This document shows positions 1 through 8,575 of a stretch of 64,000 nt of DNA, piece after piece. Under the pieces are notes generated by a model. That model saw only the letters and a program-made list of their open reading frames with translations, ran no database searches and was not told the DNA's origin. The stretch's first letter is position 1, and each line of letters begins with the position of its first letter. Source of the DNA: Deltaproteobacteria bacterium (GTDB taxonomy: Bacteria > Myxococcota_A > UBA9160 > SMWR01). A program made the position numbers and the translations under genes. Location of the stretch: contig JAQBHB010000031.1 in the NCBI GenBank assembly GCA_032128115.1, positions 32,001 to 96,000 on the forward strand, in the 5' to 3' direction.

Positions 1-435
1 CGCAAGCAGCTCGCGGGGGTGGTGCTTCCCTCTGCGCTCGCCCAGGCGCTGGAGAAACGGCGCGTGTCGGACCCGCGGGAAGAGCTCGAGCGGATCGTGC
101 GACAGCTCTACGGAATCTCGTATCGCCACCGCAGGGCCATCAAACTGATCGACCGCTGCGGTCGCGATCACCCCGAACTCGCGAAGGCGTTCTACAGCGG
201 CGGCCGCTTCGCCCAGCTCGACGCACTGAGCCGCTATCTCGACGCCAGGATCCGCGCTCGCATGCTCGCGCCGGTGCCCGACGTGGCCGTCGCCGCGCGT
301 TTCGTGATCGAATCCGTCGCCATCTGGGCCGTGCACATCCACTGGGATCCCTCCCCTCAGCCCATCGAGCCCGGGGCCGCCGAGGAGACGGTGGTACAGC
401 TGGTGGTCCGCGCCCTCGCGGGAGGCGCGCCGTGA
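1..435 (+). CDS. TetR-family transcriptional regulator, C-terminal part (5' end outside window)
   Basis: Frame is open from base 1. Helical region 'AIKLIDRCGRDHPELAKAFY...AARFVIESVAIWAVHIHWDP' resembles a TetR ligand-binding domain; the HTH is not in the window. Confidence 0.6.
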   Translation, partial: RKQLAGVVLPSALAQALEKRRVSDPREELERIVRQLYGISYRHRRAIKLIDRCGRDHPELAKAFYSGGRFAQLDALSRYLDARIRARMLAPVPDVAVAARFVIESVAIWAVHIHWDPSPQPIEPGAAEETVVQLVVRALAGGAP

Positions 436-488
436 AGCTCCCGGGCAGCATGCAATTTCCTGATCGTTCTCCCCAACGGAGGTATGCC

Positions 489-908
489 ATGACCCGACTC
501 CTCGTGATTTCAACGCTTCTGTTGTCTCTGGGATTCGGAGCGTGTCGCGCCGATCTCAGCGATCTGCAGGTAATCGAAGTGAAAGATCTGGCGGCCTGGA
601 GCGCCGAGGGCAGCGACCTCACGATCTGCGATGCCAACAGCGACGACACCCGGCGCCGCTTTGGCGTGATCCCCGGGGCGGTTCTGCTCTCGAGCTACCG
701 CGACTACGACACGGCCACCGAGCTGCCCGCCGACAAGTCCGACCGTCTCGTCTTCTACTGCCACAGCGAGATGTGCGGCGCGGCCGGCGACGCGGCGCGC
801 AAGGCGGTTGCCGCCGGTTACCGCAACGTCTGGGTCATGGCAGCGGGAATCAAGGGATGGGCCGATTCGGGAAGGCTGGTCGTTCCGGGGCCGGAGACCT
901 CGTCATGA
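489..908 (+). CDS. Rhodanese-like domain protein, probable lipoprotein
   Basis: 'IPGA' and 'LVFYCHSEMC...AGYRNVWVMAAGIKGW' rhodanese motifs. Hydrophobic N-terminus with GFGAC lipobox. GGAGG at 478-482 precedes ATG 489; alternative GTG at 432. Confidence 0.85.
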   Translation: MTRLLVISTLLLSLGFGACRADLSDLQVIEVKDLAAWSAEGSDLTICDANSDDTRRRFGVIPGAVLLSSYRDYDTATELPADKSDRLVFYCHSEMCGAAGDAARKAVAAGYRNVWVMAAGIKGWADSGRLVVPGPETSS

Positions 909-1528
909 GGTGGATCGCGCTGGCGCTTCCGCTTTGCTTCGCGATCGGCTGTCAGGGGGTCGGGAAGCTCGACCTCCTGGCCGGCGGCCGCGACCGATGG
1001 CAACGACCCGACGACGTGATGAAGGCCCTGGAGCTCGAAAAGGGCGACCGGGTCGCCGACCTGGGCGCTGGCGACGGCTACTTCGTGCGCCACCTGGCGG
1101 ATGCGGTGGGTCCAACGGGCGAGGTCTACGCCGTCGACGTGGACGAGGAGATCGTAGCGGAGCTCAGCAAGAGTTTCGCAACCGAATCCGGCAACGTGAC
1201 CGCGGTGCTTGGGAAGTACGAAGACCCCATGCTTCCCGACGGCTCGATCGACGTGGTCCTGATCGTGAACACCTATCACCACATCGAGGACCGACCCGCC
1301 TACTTTCGCCGGCTCCGGAACGACCTGCGGCCGGGCGGCCGCGTGGCGGTGATCGAGCCCAACGAGGACCTCGGCGGGATCCTGAGCCTCGCCCTCGACG
1401 AGGGACACAAGAGCTCCGCATCCAGCGTCGAAGAAGAGATGCTCGAGGCCGGCTATCGCGTGGAGGCGCGCCACGAGTTCCTGCCCGTGCAGATCTTCCG
1501 CATCTTCTCGCCCGACGATGCGGGCTGA
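905..1528 (+). CDS. Class I SAM-dependent methyltransferase with signal/lipobox
   Basis: 'VADLGAGDGYF', 'VYAVDVD' and 'LRPGGRVAVIE' motifs. ATGA overlap with the upstream stop. N-terminus 'MRWIALALPLCFAIGC'. Confidence 0.9.
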   Translation: MRWIALALPLCFAIGCQGVGKLDLLAGGRDRWQRPDDVMKALELEKGDRVADLGAGDGYFVRHLADAVGPTGEVYAVDVDEEIVAELSKSFATESGNVTAVLGKYEDPMLPDGSIDVVLIVNTYHHIEDRPAYFRRLRNDLRPGGRVAVIEPNEDLGGILSLALDEGHKSSASSVEEEMLEAGYRVEARHEFLPVQIFRIFSPDDAG

Positions 1529-1541
1529 GGCCGACCTCGGT

Positions 1542-1821
1542 GTCGCGGCGGTGGTGAACGGACCCTTCGTCGCCTAGCGCTTCGGCTTCGATCGAGGCTT
1601 CGACTCCTTTCACTACGTGGACCCGAAGCAGGTAGCCGACCACCAGCGACAGGCGATGGCAACCTGCGAGCCCTGAAGGCTGAGCTGAAGGCGGGAAAGC
1701 GCCAGCTCGACGCCGTAACGTGATCACCGCGGATCACGGGGAGGAGTTCCTCGAGCACGGCGACCTGACTCGTGACCCCGAGGAGCGCGAGCAGCTGCGC
1801 CGTCTGGGCTATCTGGACTGA
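1542..1821 (+). pseudogene. Degraded sulfatase-family gene relic
   Basis: One frame gives 'VAAVVNGPFVA*RFGFDRGFDSFHY' (TAG 1575-1577). Another frame from 1720 gives 'VITADHGEEFLEHG...EEREQLRRLGYLD*'. These are collinear sulfatase motifs separated by a frameshift and large deletions. Confidence 0.8.
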
Positions 1822-1882
1822 GGGGCGCGGGCGGGTCCGCCGCATGCCACCGCGGCGACCGCCGGGAACCCGGCTTCCCCGG

Positions 1883-2341
1883 CTATCGGTGGCTGGGGTT
1901 CTCAGAGACCGGGCTCGGGTCGCGGATGCGAAGCACGGCCTTTACCGACTCGTCCACGAGGTCTGACGCGATGTATCCGATGGCGAGACGCTCGCTGGCC
2001 ACGAATCTCTTCACGGCCTCGTCGGAAGCGAGGGTGGCGGGCGGCAGCACCCCCTCGAAGTATTGGCGATTCCAATAGACTTCGAGGCGACGGGAGTCGT
2101 CACCGAAGACCTGGCGAACGAACAGCTCGCGCGCGGCGCTCACCGAATTTCGATTCACCGGAACGATGGGCTCCCCGTTCTCCCAGAAGCGACGGCGCTT
2201 GAGGTAGATCTGGGCGAGCTCCGTCCGGGTCAGCTGCAGATTCCGGTCGGCGTGTACGATCACGACGAGATCCTCTGCAATCGCCGGGGAGACAGCCACG
2301 GTCGTTGCCAGAAGCGCGATCAAGGAGCTGTGCCGAAGCAT
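1883..2341 (-). CDS. Small periplasmic substrate-binding-like protein (often annotated phosphate ABC SBP-like)
   Basis: Signal peptide, then 'LVVIVH...LAQIYLK...W.NG..IVPVN...R..F...YW...PP..LASDEAVKRFVA...AIGYI'. ATG abuts the porin stop codon. Confidence 0.8.
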   Translation of the reverse strand: MLRHSSLIALLATTVAVSPAIAEDLVVIVHADRNLQLTRTELAQIYLKRRRFWENGEPIVPVNRNSVSAARELFVRQVFGDDSRRLEVYWNRQYFEGVLPPATLASDEAVKRFVASERLAIGYIASDLVDESVKAVLRIRDPSPVSENPSHR

Positions 2342-3460
2342 TCAGAACAGCACCGATATGGAGGAGAAGAAGCCGCGGTTTACGAAGTCGCTCCGCTGAT
2401 CCGTGAACTGGTAGCCGGCTTTGATGATGAGGAAGCGCGTTGGCGTCCAGGCCATCCCCAGGTTTCCGATGTGGGAGGCTGGCTCGGGCCCGGACGGATT
2501 GAAGTATTCGAAGCGCCCCACCAGATGCAGACCGCGTAGGGCCCGGGTGTGGTAGCCCAGGTGATAGACACCCTGGGTGTAGATATCCCAGAGGTTCCGG
2601 TCCGGGATGTCGCCCCGGACGATGGTCCACTCGCCCTGCAGCTCGACTGGCCCCTTCTGCCAGAAGGCGTCGAGCCCGGCGAGATAATTCCAGTCGCCGT
2701 CGAGCTCCGAGGCGAGAAAAGAAGAGCCGACCGCCCAGTCCCCTAGCGGATCGGCGTAGCGCAGGCGGCCGCCCGCGCTGCGATCGGCGGGGATGGGATC
2801 CTCGGACCGATCGAGGGCGTCCATCACCTGGCCGTAGACCCAGTAGTTCAGGGTGTTCGCGCCGTTGACTCCGCCGCCGCCGGCGTCGATGGAGCCAAAC
2901 AGCGAGAGCCCGGTCTGGTGCTCGTCGAAGGCGGTCTCCAGGAAGATCGGGTCGTTGGCGGTCCACGTGAACGGCTCCGCTGGAATCATGTTCCAGATGC
3001 CGACAGGGGTCTGGAACTTTCCAAAGCGCAGGTTGAGGGGGTCGCCGAGGCTCAGATCCGCGAAGAGCCTCTCCACCACCAGGGATACATCCGAATCGGT
3101 ACCCCCGCTGGAGAGGTTCCAGGCGAAGAGGTTCCCCAACTCGAGGTCGGCGAAGGCCCGGAAGAATTCGAACGGCTCCCAGGCCACCAGGAAATTGATG
3201 CTGTCGAGCTCGAGCATTCCCGGCTCGCCTTGCAGCTTGTCGATCTCGAGGGTCGAGAAGCCACCGATGTGGAGACCGGTGCGGCCTAGACTGAGGCCCC
3301 GGCCGAGCACATAATCGATGGAGCCGACGGGACTCCCGATGCTGAAGAAGGGATCGTCGGGAGTCGGGGTCGGTTCGAGCGAGGCCGGTGGCTCTGCCCG
3401 CGCGACTGAGCCGATGGCAAGGCAACAGACGAGCGCCAGGCAACGGGCAAGCCGGAGCAT
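2342..3460 (-). CDS. Outer-membrane beta-barrel (porin-like) protein
   Basis: Signal peptide from ATG 3460, 'LRFGKFQTPVGIWN' motif, alternating amphipathic strands, C-terminal Phe ('SISVLF'). Confidence 0.8.
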   Translation of the reverse strand: MLRLARCLALVCCLAIGSVARAEPPASLEPTPTPDDPFFSIGSPVGSIDYVLGRGLSLGRTGLHIGGFSTLEIDKLQGEPGMLELDSINFLVAWEPFEFFRAFADLELGNLFAWNLSSGGTDSDVSLVVERLFADLSLGDPLNLRFGKFQTPVGIWNMIPAEPFTWTANDPIFLETAFDEHQTGLSLFGSIDAGGGGVNGANTLNYWVYGQVMDALDRSEDPIPADRSAGGRLRYADPLGDWAVGSSFLASELDGDWNYLAGLDAFWQKGPVELQGEWTIVRGDIPDRNLWDIYTQGVYHLGYHTRALRGLHLVGRFEYFNPSGPEPASHIGNLGMAWTPTRFLIIKAGYQFTDQRSDFVNRGFFSSISVLF

Positions 3461-3491
3461 GAGCAACCCTAACACGCGACGGGGAACACGG

Positions 3492-5279
3492 GTGGCAGCT
3501 TTCGCTTCGACGTCATTGCGCACGAAGCTTCTCCTGTTTACCGCCGCGCTGGTGCTCGTGCCGGGAGTTCTGCTCGTGCTCATCGCCGAGCGAAGCAGCC
3601 GCGAATCACTCGAGGGTGTCATTGGACGCCAACTCGCCCGAGAGGCCGGCCATACCGCCCACCAGCTCTCGGCCGTGCTCCAAACGGTGCGAGAGACGCT
3701 GCGCAGCTTCGCGCGACAGGACCTCATGCGGGAGATCCGCGTCGCCGACATCGACAAGCGCGTGTCCATGGCCCTCACGACTCTCCGCGAGGGCAGCCCG
3801 GTCCGGACCGACTACCTGGTAGTGGATCCGGAACGCAGTGTCGTGGCGGCCAGCGATCCCAGCCTGATTGGAACCACACCGCCCTGGGTCGATGCCGGCT
3901 GGGCGAGCGCGGGCCCCGGCGAGAGCCTCGTGGGTCCCCTCCGTACCGAGGCGACACCCGTGCTCTTGATGACGACGCCGATCCCCGACCCCGACGATCC
4001 GCGTCGCACCCTCGCGACCCTCGTGGGAGTCTTCGACTGGACGCAGCTGACGCGCGTTACCGGGGCCGTCCGACGGGATCTCGCCGCCCAGGGCGTGGCG
4101 GCCCAGGTGCTCGTGAGCCGCGCCGACGGATCGGTGATCGGCGGGGCCCAGTCGACGGGGGACGCTGGCAACATCGCCCGGCCGCCCGACCTGTCGGAGG
4201 CCGCACAGGGCATGAACGGTGCGAGCCCGGACTACATCGTGGACGCCCGATCGGGGCTCATCATCGGGCGCGCGTCGCTGGACCCGGACCTCCCGGAATG
4301 GAAGCTGATGGTGGTCGAGCCGCGGGCCGATGCGCTCGCCCCGGCCCGGCGCTCGAGCCAGCGTCTCGCGGTGGGAATGGGGCTCGCCCTGGTAACGGCA
4401 CTCGGCCTCGCCACCCTCGCGGCACGGCGTGTGGTGCGACCCCTGAGCGAACTGACCGGTGCCATCCGCGAGCTCTCCAAGGGAGGCGCGAACGCACGCC
4501 CGGTCCCCGTTCGGACCGACGACGAGGTGGGCGTCCTGGCCGCCTCCTTCAACCAGATGGCCTCCGAGCTGGAACGGACCCAGCGCAACCTGGTCGAGGC
4601 GGAGAAGTTCGCTTTCGTGGGTGAGCTGGCCGCCGGCGTTGCTCACGAGATCCGCACGGCGCTGAACGTGCTCGGCAGCTCCACCCAGATCCTGGAGCGT
4701 TCGCTGCCCGCGGACGGCGATCCGGAGGCCGCCGAACTCGCGGAGATGATCCGGGCGGAAGTGGGACGGCTGGCCAACGTGGTGAACGATCTGCTGACCC
4801 TTTCGCGACCGCACCCGCTCTCCCTGGAATCCGGCCTGCTGTCCGAGCCCCTGTTCCGCGCGGCGGATTTCGTGGCTCCACAGGCCCGAGACAAGGAGAT
4901 TCGCATCGTGCGCACGGTCCCGGACGATGAGGTCAGCCTTCCGCGCGACTCGGAGCTGATCCACCAGGCGGCCGTCAATCTGCTCGTCAACGCGATCCAG
5001 GCGCTTGGGCACGGGGGTTGCATTGAAATCCGGGTGTTGGCGACGAAGGACGGACACGGAGGCTTCGAAGTGAGCGACGATGGACCGGGGATCCCCGGCG
5101 AGCTGCGAGATCGGATCTTCGACCCGTTCGTGACCGCGCGGGACGGGGGCGTCGGCCTCGGCCTGACCTTCGTGAAGCGCGTCGCTCACGACCACCACGG
5201 GAGCATCTCGGTGGAATCCGAGCCGGGCTCGGGAACCTGCTTCCGGATCCGACTCCCCATGCGGGATGCAAGCCGATGA
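3492..5279 (+). CDS. Sensor histidine kinase (TM-periplasmic-TM-HAMP-HisKA-HATPase)
   Basis: Two TM helices, HAMP 'VRPLSELT...DEVGVLAASFNQM', H-box 'GVAHEIR', N-box 'NLLVNAIQA', 'DDGPGI', 'GVGLGL'. Start uncertain (GTG 3492 or ATG 3459). Confidence 0.92.
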   Translation: MAAFASTSLRTKLLLFTAALVLVPGVLLVLIAERSSRESLEGVIGRQLAREAGHTAHQLSAVLQTVRETLRSFARQDLMREIRVADIDKRVSMALTTLREGSPVRTDYLVVDPERSVVAASDPSLIGTTPPWVDAGWASAGPGESLVGPLRTEATPVLLMTTPIPDPDDPRRTLATLVGVFDWTQLTRVTGAVRRDLAAQGVAAQVLVSRADGSVIGGAQSTGDAGNIARPPDLSEAAQGMNGASPDYIVDARSGLIIGRASLDPDLPEWKLMVVEPRADALAPARRSSQRLAVGMGLALVTALGLATLAARRVVRPLSELTGAIRELSKGGANARPVPVRTDDEVGVLAASFNQMASELERTQRNLVEAEKFAFVGELAAGVAHEIRTALNVLGSSTQILERSLPADGDPEAAELAEMIRAEVGRLANVVNDLLTLSRPHPLSLESGLLSEPLFRAADFVAPQARDKEIRIVRTVPDDEVSLPRDSELIHQAAVNLLVNAIQALGHGGCIEIRVLATKDGHGGFEVSDDGPGIPGELRDRIFDPFVTARDGGVGLGLTFVKRVAHDHHGSISVESEPGSGTCFRIRLPMRDASR

Positions 5280-6616
5280 AGCGGGTTCTCATCGTCGACG
5301 ACGATCGCCGGACGCGGCGGATCCTGCAGATCCTGGTGGAGAGACTCGGCCTCGAGTCGGTCGCGTTCGAGAGCGCCGAAGCCGCGCTCGAGGACCTGAA
5401 CGCAGAGTCTGCCGCACTGATCCTGACGGATCTCAAGATGCCGGGCACCGACGGGATCGAGTTCATGCGGCGCCTCCGCCAGCTGGACGAACAGGTTCCC
5501 GTGATCGTTCTCACGGCCTACGGAACCGTCGCTGCCGCCGTCGAGGCAATGAAGCTCGGAGCCGTGGACTTCGTGGCCAAGCCATTCGACGTAGATGCCC
5601 TCGAGCTGCTGATCCAGCGATCTCTCGAGATGTCCAGACATCGGGTGGAGAACCGGTATCTGCGCGAGCAGGTAGACAGCGTTCCCCAATTCGAGGACAT
5701 CGTTGGCTCCTCGCCGCCCATGCGGGAGATTTTCGAGCTGATCCGGAAGGTGGCACCCACGAAGAGTGCGGTGCTCATCACTGGAGAGACGGGAACCGGC
5801 AAGGAACTGGTGGCTCGTGCCATCCACAAGCTGAGCCCGCGCGTCGAACATCTCTTCGTTCCGCTCAATTGCGCAGCGATTCCGTCGGAACTTCTCGAAA
5901 GCGAACTCTTCGGGCACGTGCGCGGCGCCTTCAGCGGCGCCCAGTCCGATCGGGAGGGTCGGTTCGGGGCGGCCGACGGCGGCACCCTGTTTCTCGACGA
6001 GATCGGAGACATGGATCAGCGTCTGCAAGCGAAGCTGCTGCGCGCGCTCCAGGACGGAGTCATCGAGCCGGTGGGAAGCAATCGTCGTGTCCCGGTGAAC
6101 GTGCGGATCGTCTCTTCGACCCATCGCGACCTGGAAGCCGCGATCCGGGAGGGCAGCTTCCGGGAAGATCTCTTCTACCGTCTGAACGTATTCCGGATCG
6201 AACTTCCGCCGCTGCGCGAACGCGCAGGCGACATCCCGGTAATCGCCGCGGCATTTCTCCGGGAGTTCGGCCGGGATGTGGGAAAGGGGCCACTGGGCCT
6301 GAGCGAGGACGCCGCCACCGCTCTCCAGCATTACCGATGGTCGGGAAACGTGCGCGAGCTTCGCAACGTCATGGAACGAGCTGCGGTGCTGGCCTTCTCC
6401 GAGACCGTCGACCAGGAGCTGGTCGACACCCTCCTGCCCGCCGCAGCGCACCCGGGCGAGGAAAGCCTGGACCTGGCCGGCGCGGTGGCCGAGATCGAGC
6501 GACGCACGATCCTGCGGGCGCTCGCCGTCACCCAGGACAACAAGACCGAGGCCGCCTCGCTGCTCGGGATCGGGGAGCGCACGCTGTGGACGAAGCTGAA
6601 GAAACACGGCCTCTGA
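5276..6616 (+). CDS. Sigma54-dependent response regulator (NtrC/AtoC family enhancer-binding protein)
   Basis: REC domain 'IVDDD...TDLKMPG', Walker A 'GETGTGKE', 'ESELFGH.RGAFSGA', 'LFLDEIGD', 'RELRN', Fis-type HTH. ATGA-coupled to the kinase. Confidence 0.95.
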   Translation: MKRVLIVDDDRRTRRILQILVERLGLESVAFESAEAALEDLNAESAALILTDLKMPGTDGIEFMRRLRQLDEQVPVIVLTAYGTVAAAVEAMKLGAVDFVAKPFDVDALELLIQRSLEMSRHRVENRYLREQVDSVPQFEDIVGSSPPMREIFELIRKVAPTKSAVLITGETGTGKELVARAIHKLSPRVEHLFVPLNCAAIPSELLESELFGHVRGAFSGAQSDREGRFGAADGGTLFLDEIGDMDQRLQAKLLRALQDGVIEPVGSNRRVPVNVRIVSSTHRDLEAAIREGSFREDLFYRLNVFRIELPPLRERAGDIPVIAAAFLREFGRDVGKGPLGLSEDAATALQHYRWSGNVRELRNVMERAAVLAFSETVDQELVDTLLPAAAHPGEESLDLAGAVAEIERRTILRALAVTQDNKTEAASLLGIGERTLWTKLKKHGL

Positions 6617-6619
6617 TTC

Positions 6620-6634
6620 GCAAGCCTCGTGCCA
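6620..6634 (-). promoter_or_regulatory. Sigma54 -24/-12 promoter motif pointing leftwards (antisense to the response regulator)
   Basis: Minus strand reads TGGCACGAGGCTTGC, matching the consensus TGGCACG-N4-TTGC. Confidence 0.6.
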
Positions 6635-6704
6635 CCCCAGGGGCGCCCTGAAGCGGTTCCGCAAGCCCGCCGTCGCCCCATCCCTGCCGGAATCGGCACG
6701 GGCC

Positions 6705-6741
6705 CTGCAGGATCCGGCAGGATCCTGCAGGATCCGGCAGG
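6705..6741. repeat. 10-bp-period palindromic tandem repeat, candidate enhancer (UAS) for a sigma54 activator
   Basis: CTGCAG GATCCGGCAG GATCCTGCAG GATCCGGCAG G, lying about 70-105 bp upstream of the minus-strand -24 box. Confidence 0.6.
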
Positions 6742-6830
6742 GTGGCCGGTCAGGGGGCAATCACCACGACTCCCCCGCGGCCTTCGAGACGGGGTCCACG
6801 ATTCACGGCACGGGATGCCGCGGAGCGTCG

Positions 6831-7907
6831 CTACGCCAGAAACTCCCAGCACTCCAGGTCGACCGCGTGTTGCAGGTGGCGCTCGATCATGGCCGCAAAC
6901 ATGCGATCGCCGCGCTCGTCCTGGCCCGTGAACATGCAACCGAGCACGGTGATCATGATTCCGTGTAGAGCACTACGTCGATACAGCTGCCAGCACTCGT
7001 CGCTTGCGATTTCCATGCCCAGGAACGCGAGCTCGCGCCGGTAGATCTCCACCAGCTCCGATTCGTGTTCACGCCGCGTCGCGACAGCTAGCCCTCCGCC
7101 CAGGAAATAGGCCACGTCGATCAGCGGACAGGTGTGCTGCACGGTCTGCCAGTCCACGACGGCGATCGGGGGGCCGCCCTCCCCGGTTCCGAACAGCAGG
7201 TTCTCCAGGCGGTAGTCCGCGTGCACCAGGGTCCGGCAGCCGGGAAACCCGAGGGACCAGCTGGCGAACGATCGGATGTAGCGCTCGGCCATGGCGGCTC
7301 CCTCGGGCGAGATCACGTCCTCGAACCGCCGGAAGAAACCCGGCCACATCTGCTGGAGCAGGATCTGCCCGAACTCGGCGGCCTCGGGGGTGGTGGACAT
7401 CAGCCAGTCCAGGTGCTCGAGTCGAGAATCGCCGACAAGAGGACCGTGCAGCTTGGCCGCCTCGCGAATCGCGAGTTCCGCACGATCGGGACCGCAACCC
7501 AGGATCTGATCACCGGGCCGAGCAGGAGCGAGATCCTCCATCAGGATCACGAAATCGGTCTGGTTCTCGTGAATCCGGGCCAGATACACGTGCGGCGTGC
7601 GCATGGGAATCCGGGACGCAATCTCGCGATAGAAACAGACCTCCCGGCGATAGGCGCCACCGGTGCCCGCGTTGGCACGCGAGGTCGCATCTGCCGCCGG
7701 CAGCTTGGCGACCAGGGAGGCGGGCGCGGTGGGAGAAGCGTCCTCGTAGGTGAGCGTGTAGCGGACGTTGTCGCCCATCTTCCCGGTCCCGATCACCTGC
7801 CAGCGCACGTCTCGTACTCGCCCCTCTGGCAGCAGCCCGACTTCGCGGAGGGCGGCGGTGAGCCAGTCCGTATCGAGGGCGCCCGGTTCGGTGACGATGT
7901 CCGGCAT
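6831..7907 (-). CDS. Aminoglycoside/choline kinase-like phosphotransferase (APH/EcKinase family)
   Basis: 'LVAK', 'REVCFY', 'LMEDL', catalytic 'TLVHADYRLENLLF', 'VVDWQ', 'DVAYFL'. Confidence 0.88.
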   Translation of the reverse strand: MPDIVTEPGALDTDWLTAALREVGLLPEGRVRDVRWQVIGTGKMGDNVRYTLTYEDASPTAPASLVAKLPAADATSRANAGTGGAYRREVCFYREIASRIPMRTPHVYLARIHENQTDFVILMEDLAPARPGDQILGCGPDRAELAIREAAKLHGPLVGDSRLEHLDWLMSTTPEAAEFGQILLQQMWPGFFRRFEDVISPEGAAMAERYIRSFASWSLGFPGCRTLVHADYRLENLLFGTGEGGPPIAVVDWQTVQHTCPLIDVAYFLGGGLAVATRREHESELVEIYRRELAFLGMEIASDECWQLYRRSALHGIMITVLGCMFTGQDERGDRMFAAMIERHLQHAVDLECWEFLA

Positions 7908-8005
7908 GGGAATCGAATCTCATGATGACACCCCTGATGGAAGAATTGCGCCTACAATCCCCCCTCTTCGAGGACCGCGCGATTCCCGCGCCGGGAGGGA
8001 CAAGG

Positions 8006-8524
8006 ATGGTCAATCTGCCTCCGCCCATCGAGGAAGTGCACAGACGCGCCCGCGCCCGCACCGCCGCGTCCGTCATCACCATCCTGGTCGTTTGCGGCGC
8101 TCTCACCTGTGGCGGCGCTGCGATCTGGCTCTTCCAGAGTGAGATGGGTCAAGAGCTACTGGCGGCCGCCAGCGGGACGATCGAGATCGCCCAGTCGGGG
8201 CTGACCGCCCCCGGCACGGATGAGCTGCGCGCGGCGGGCTGCCAGATCGCGATGGTGGTGGATTTCGGGGACATGCTCCAGCTGGTGAAGGCCCTCGTCG
8301 ACGAGGACGAGATGCAGGCCGTGCTGGACGAGGAGATCCCCCCGGACACTCAGGTCGTGACCTGTGACGCGGCGGGCGCCGAGGGGATTTCCTGCCAGGA
8401 CGTGGCCCGGGTCTACGTCGAGGCCGTCGCGCCGTCCCAGGCCTTCTTCGTGCACCTCCAAGGAGGCGACGAGGAGTGCCAAGCCGCCTTCGATTCGTCG
8501 GGTGAGCCTCTCCCGGACGAATGA
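8006..8524 (+). CDS. Hypothetical membrane-anchored, Cys-containing protein
   Basis: GGGAGG upstream of ATG 8006 and TACAAT near 7953. One N-terminal TM helix followed by an acidic domain with 4 Cys. Coding-like codon usage. Confidence 0.7.
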   Translation: MVNLPPPIEEVHRRARARTAASVITILVVCGALTCGGAAIWLFQSEMGQELLAAASGTIEIAQSGLTAPGTDELRAAGCQIAMVVDFGDMLQLVKALVDEDEMQAVLDEEIPPDTQVVTCDAAGAEGISCQDVARVYVEAVAPSQAFFVHLQGGDEECQAAFDSSGEPLPDE

Positions 8525-8575
8525 CTCGCGGGCTTCGTGTAGAATCCGGAGAAACCGGCGAAGGGAGCGAGCAGC

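Noticed and set aside
1575..1577. In-frame TAG in the sulfatase-like fragment as pyrrolysine or read-through
   Set aside because: The surrounding sequence is frameshifted and heavily deleted, so it is a relic.
6705..6741. Short repeats here, at 15371-15442 and at 26089-26139 as CRISPR arrays
   Set aside because: Only 2-4 contiguous units, no unique spacers and no cas genes.
6831..7907. APH-like genes (also 45515-47098) as antibiotic-resistance determinants
   Set aside because: Motifs fit the broad EcKinase and kinase-AAA families, and there is no mobile-element context.
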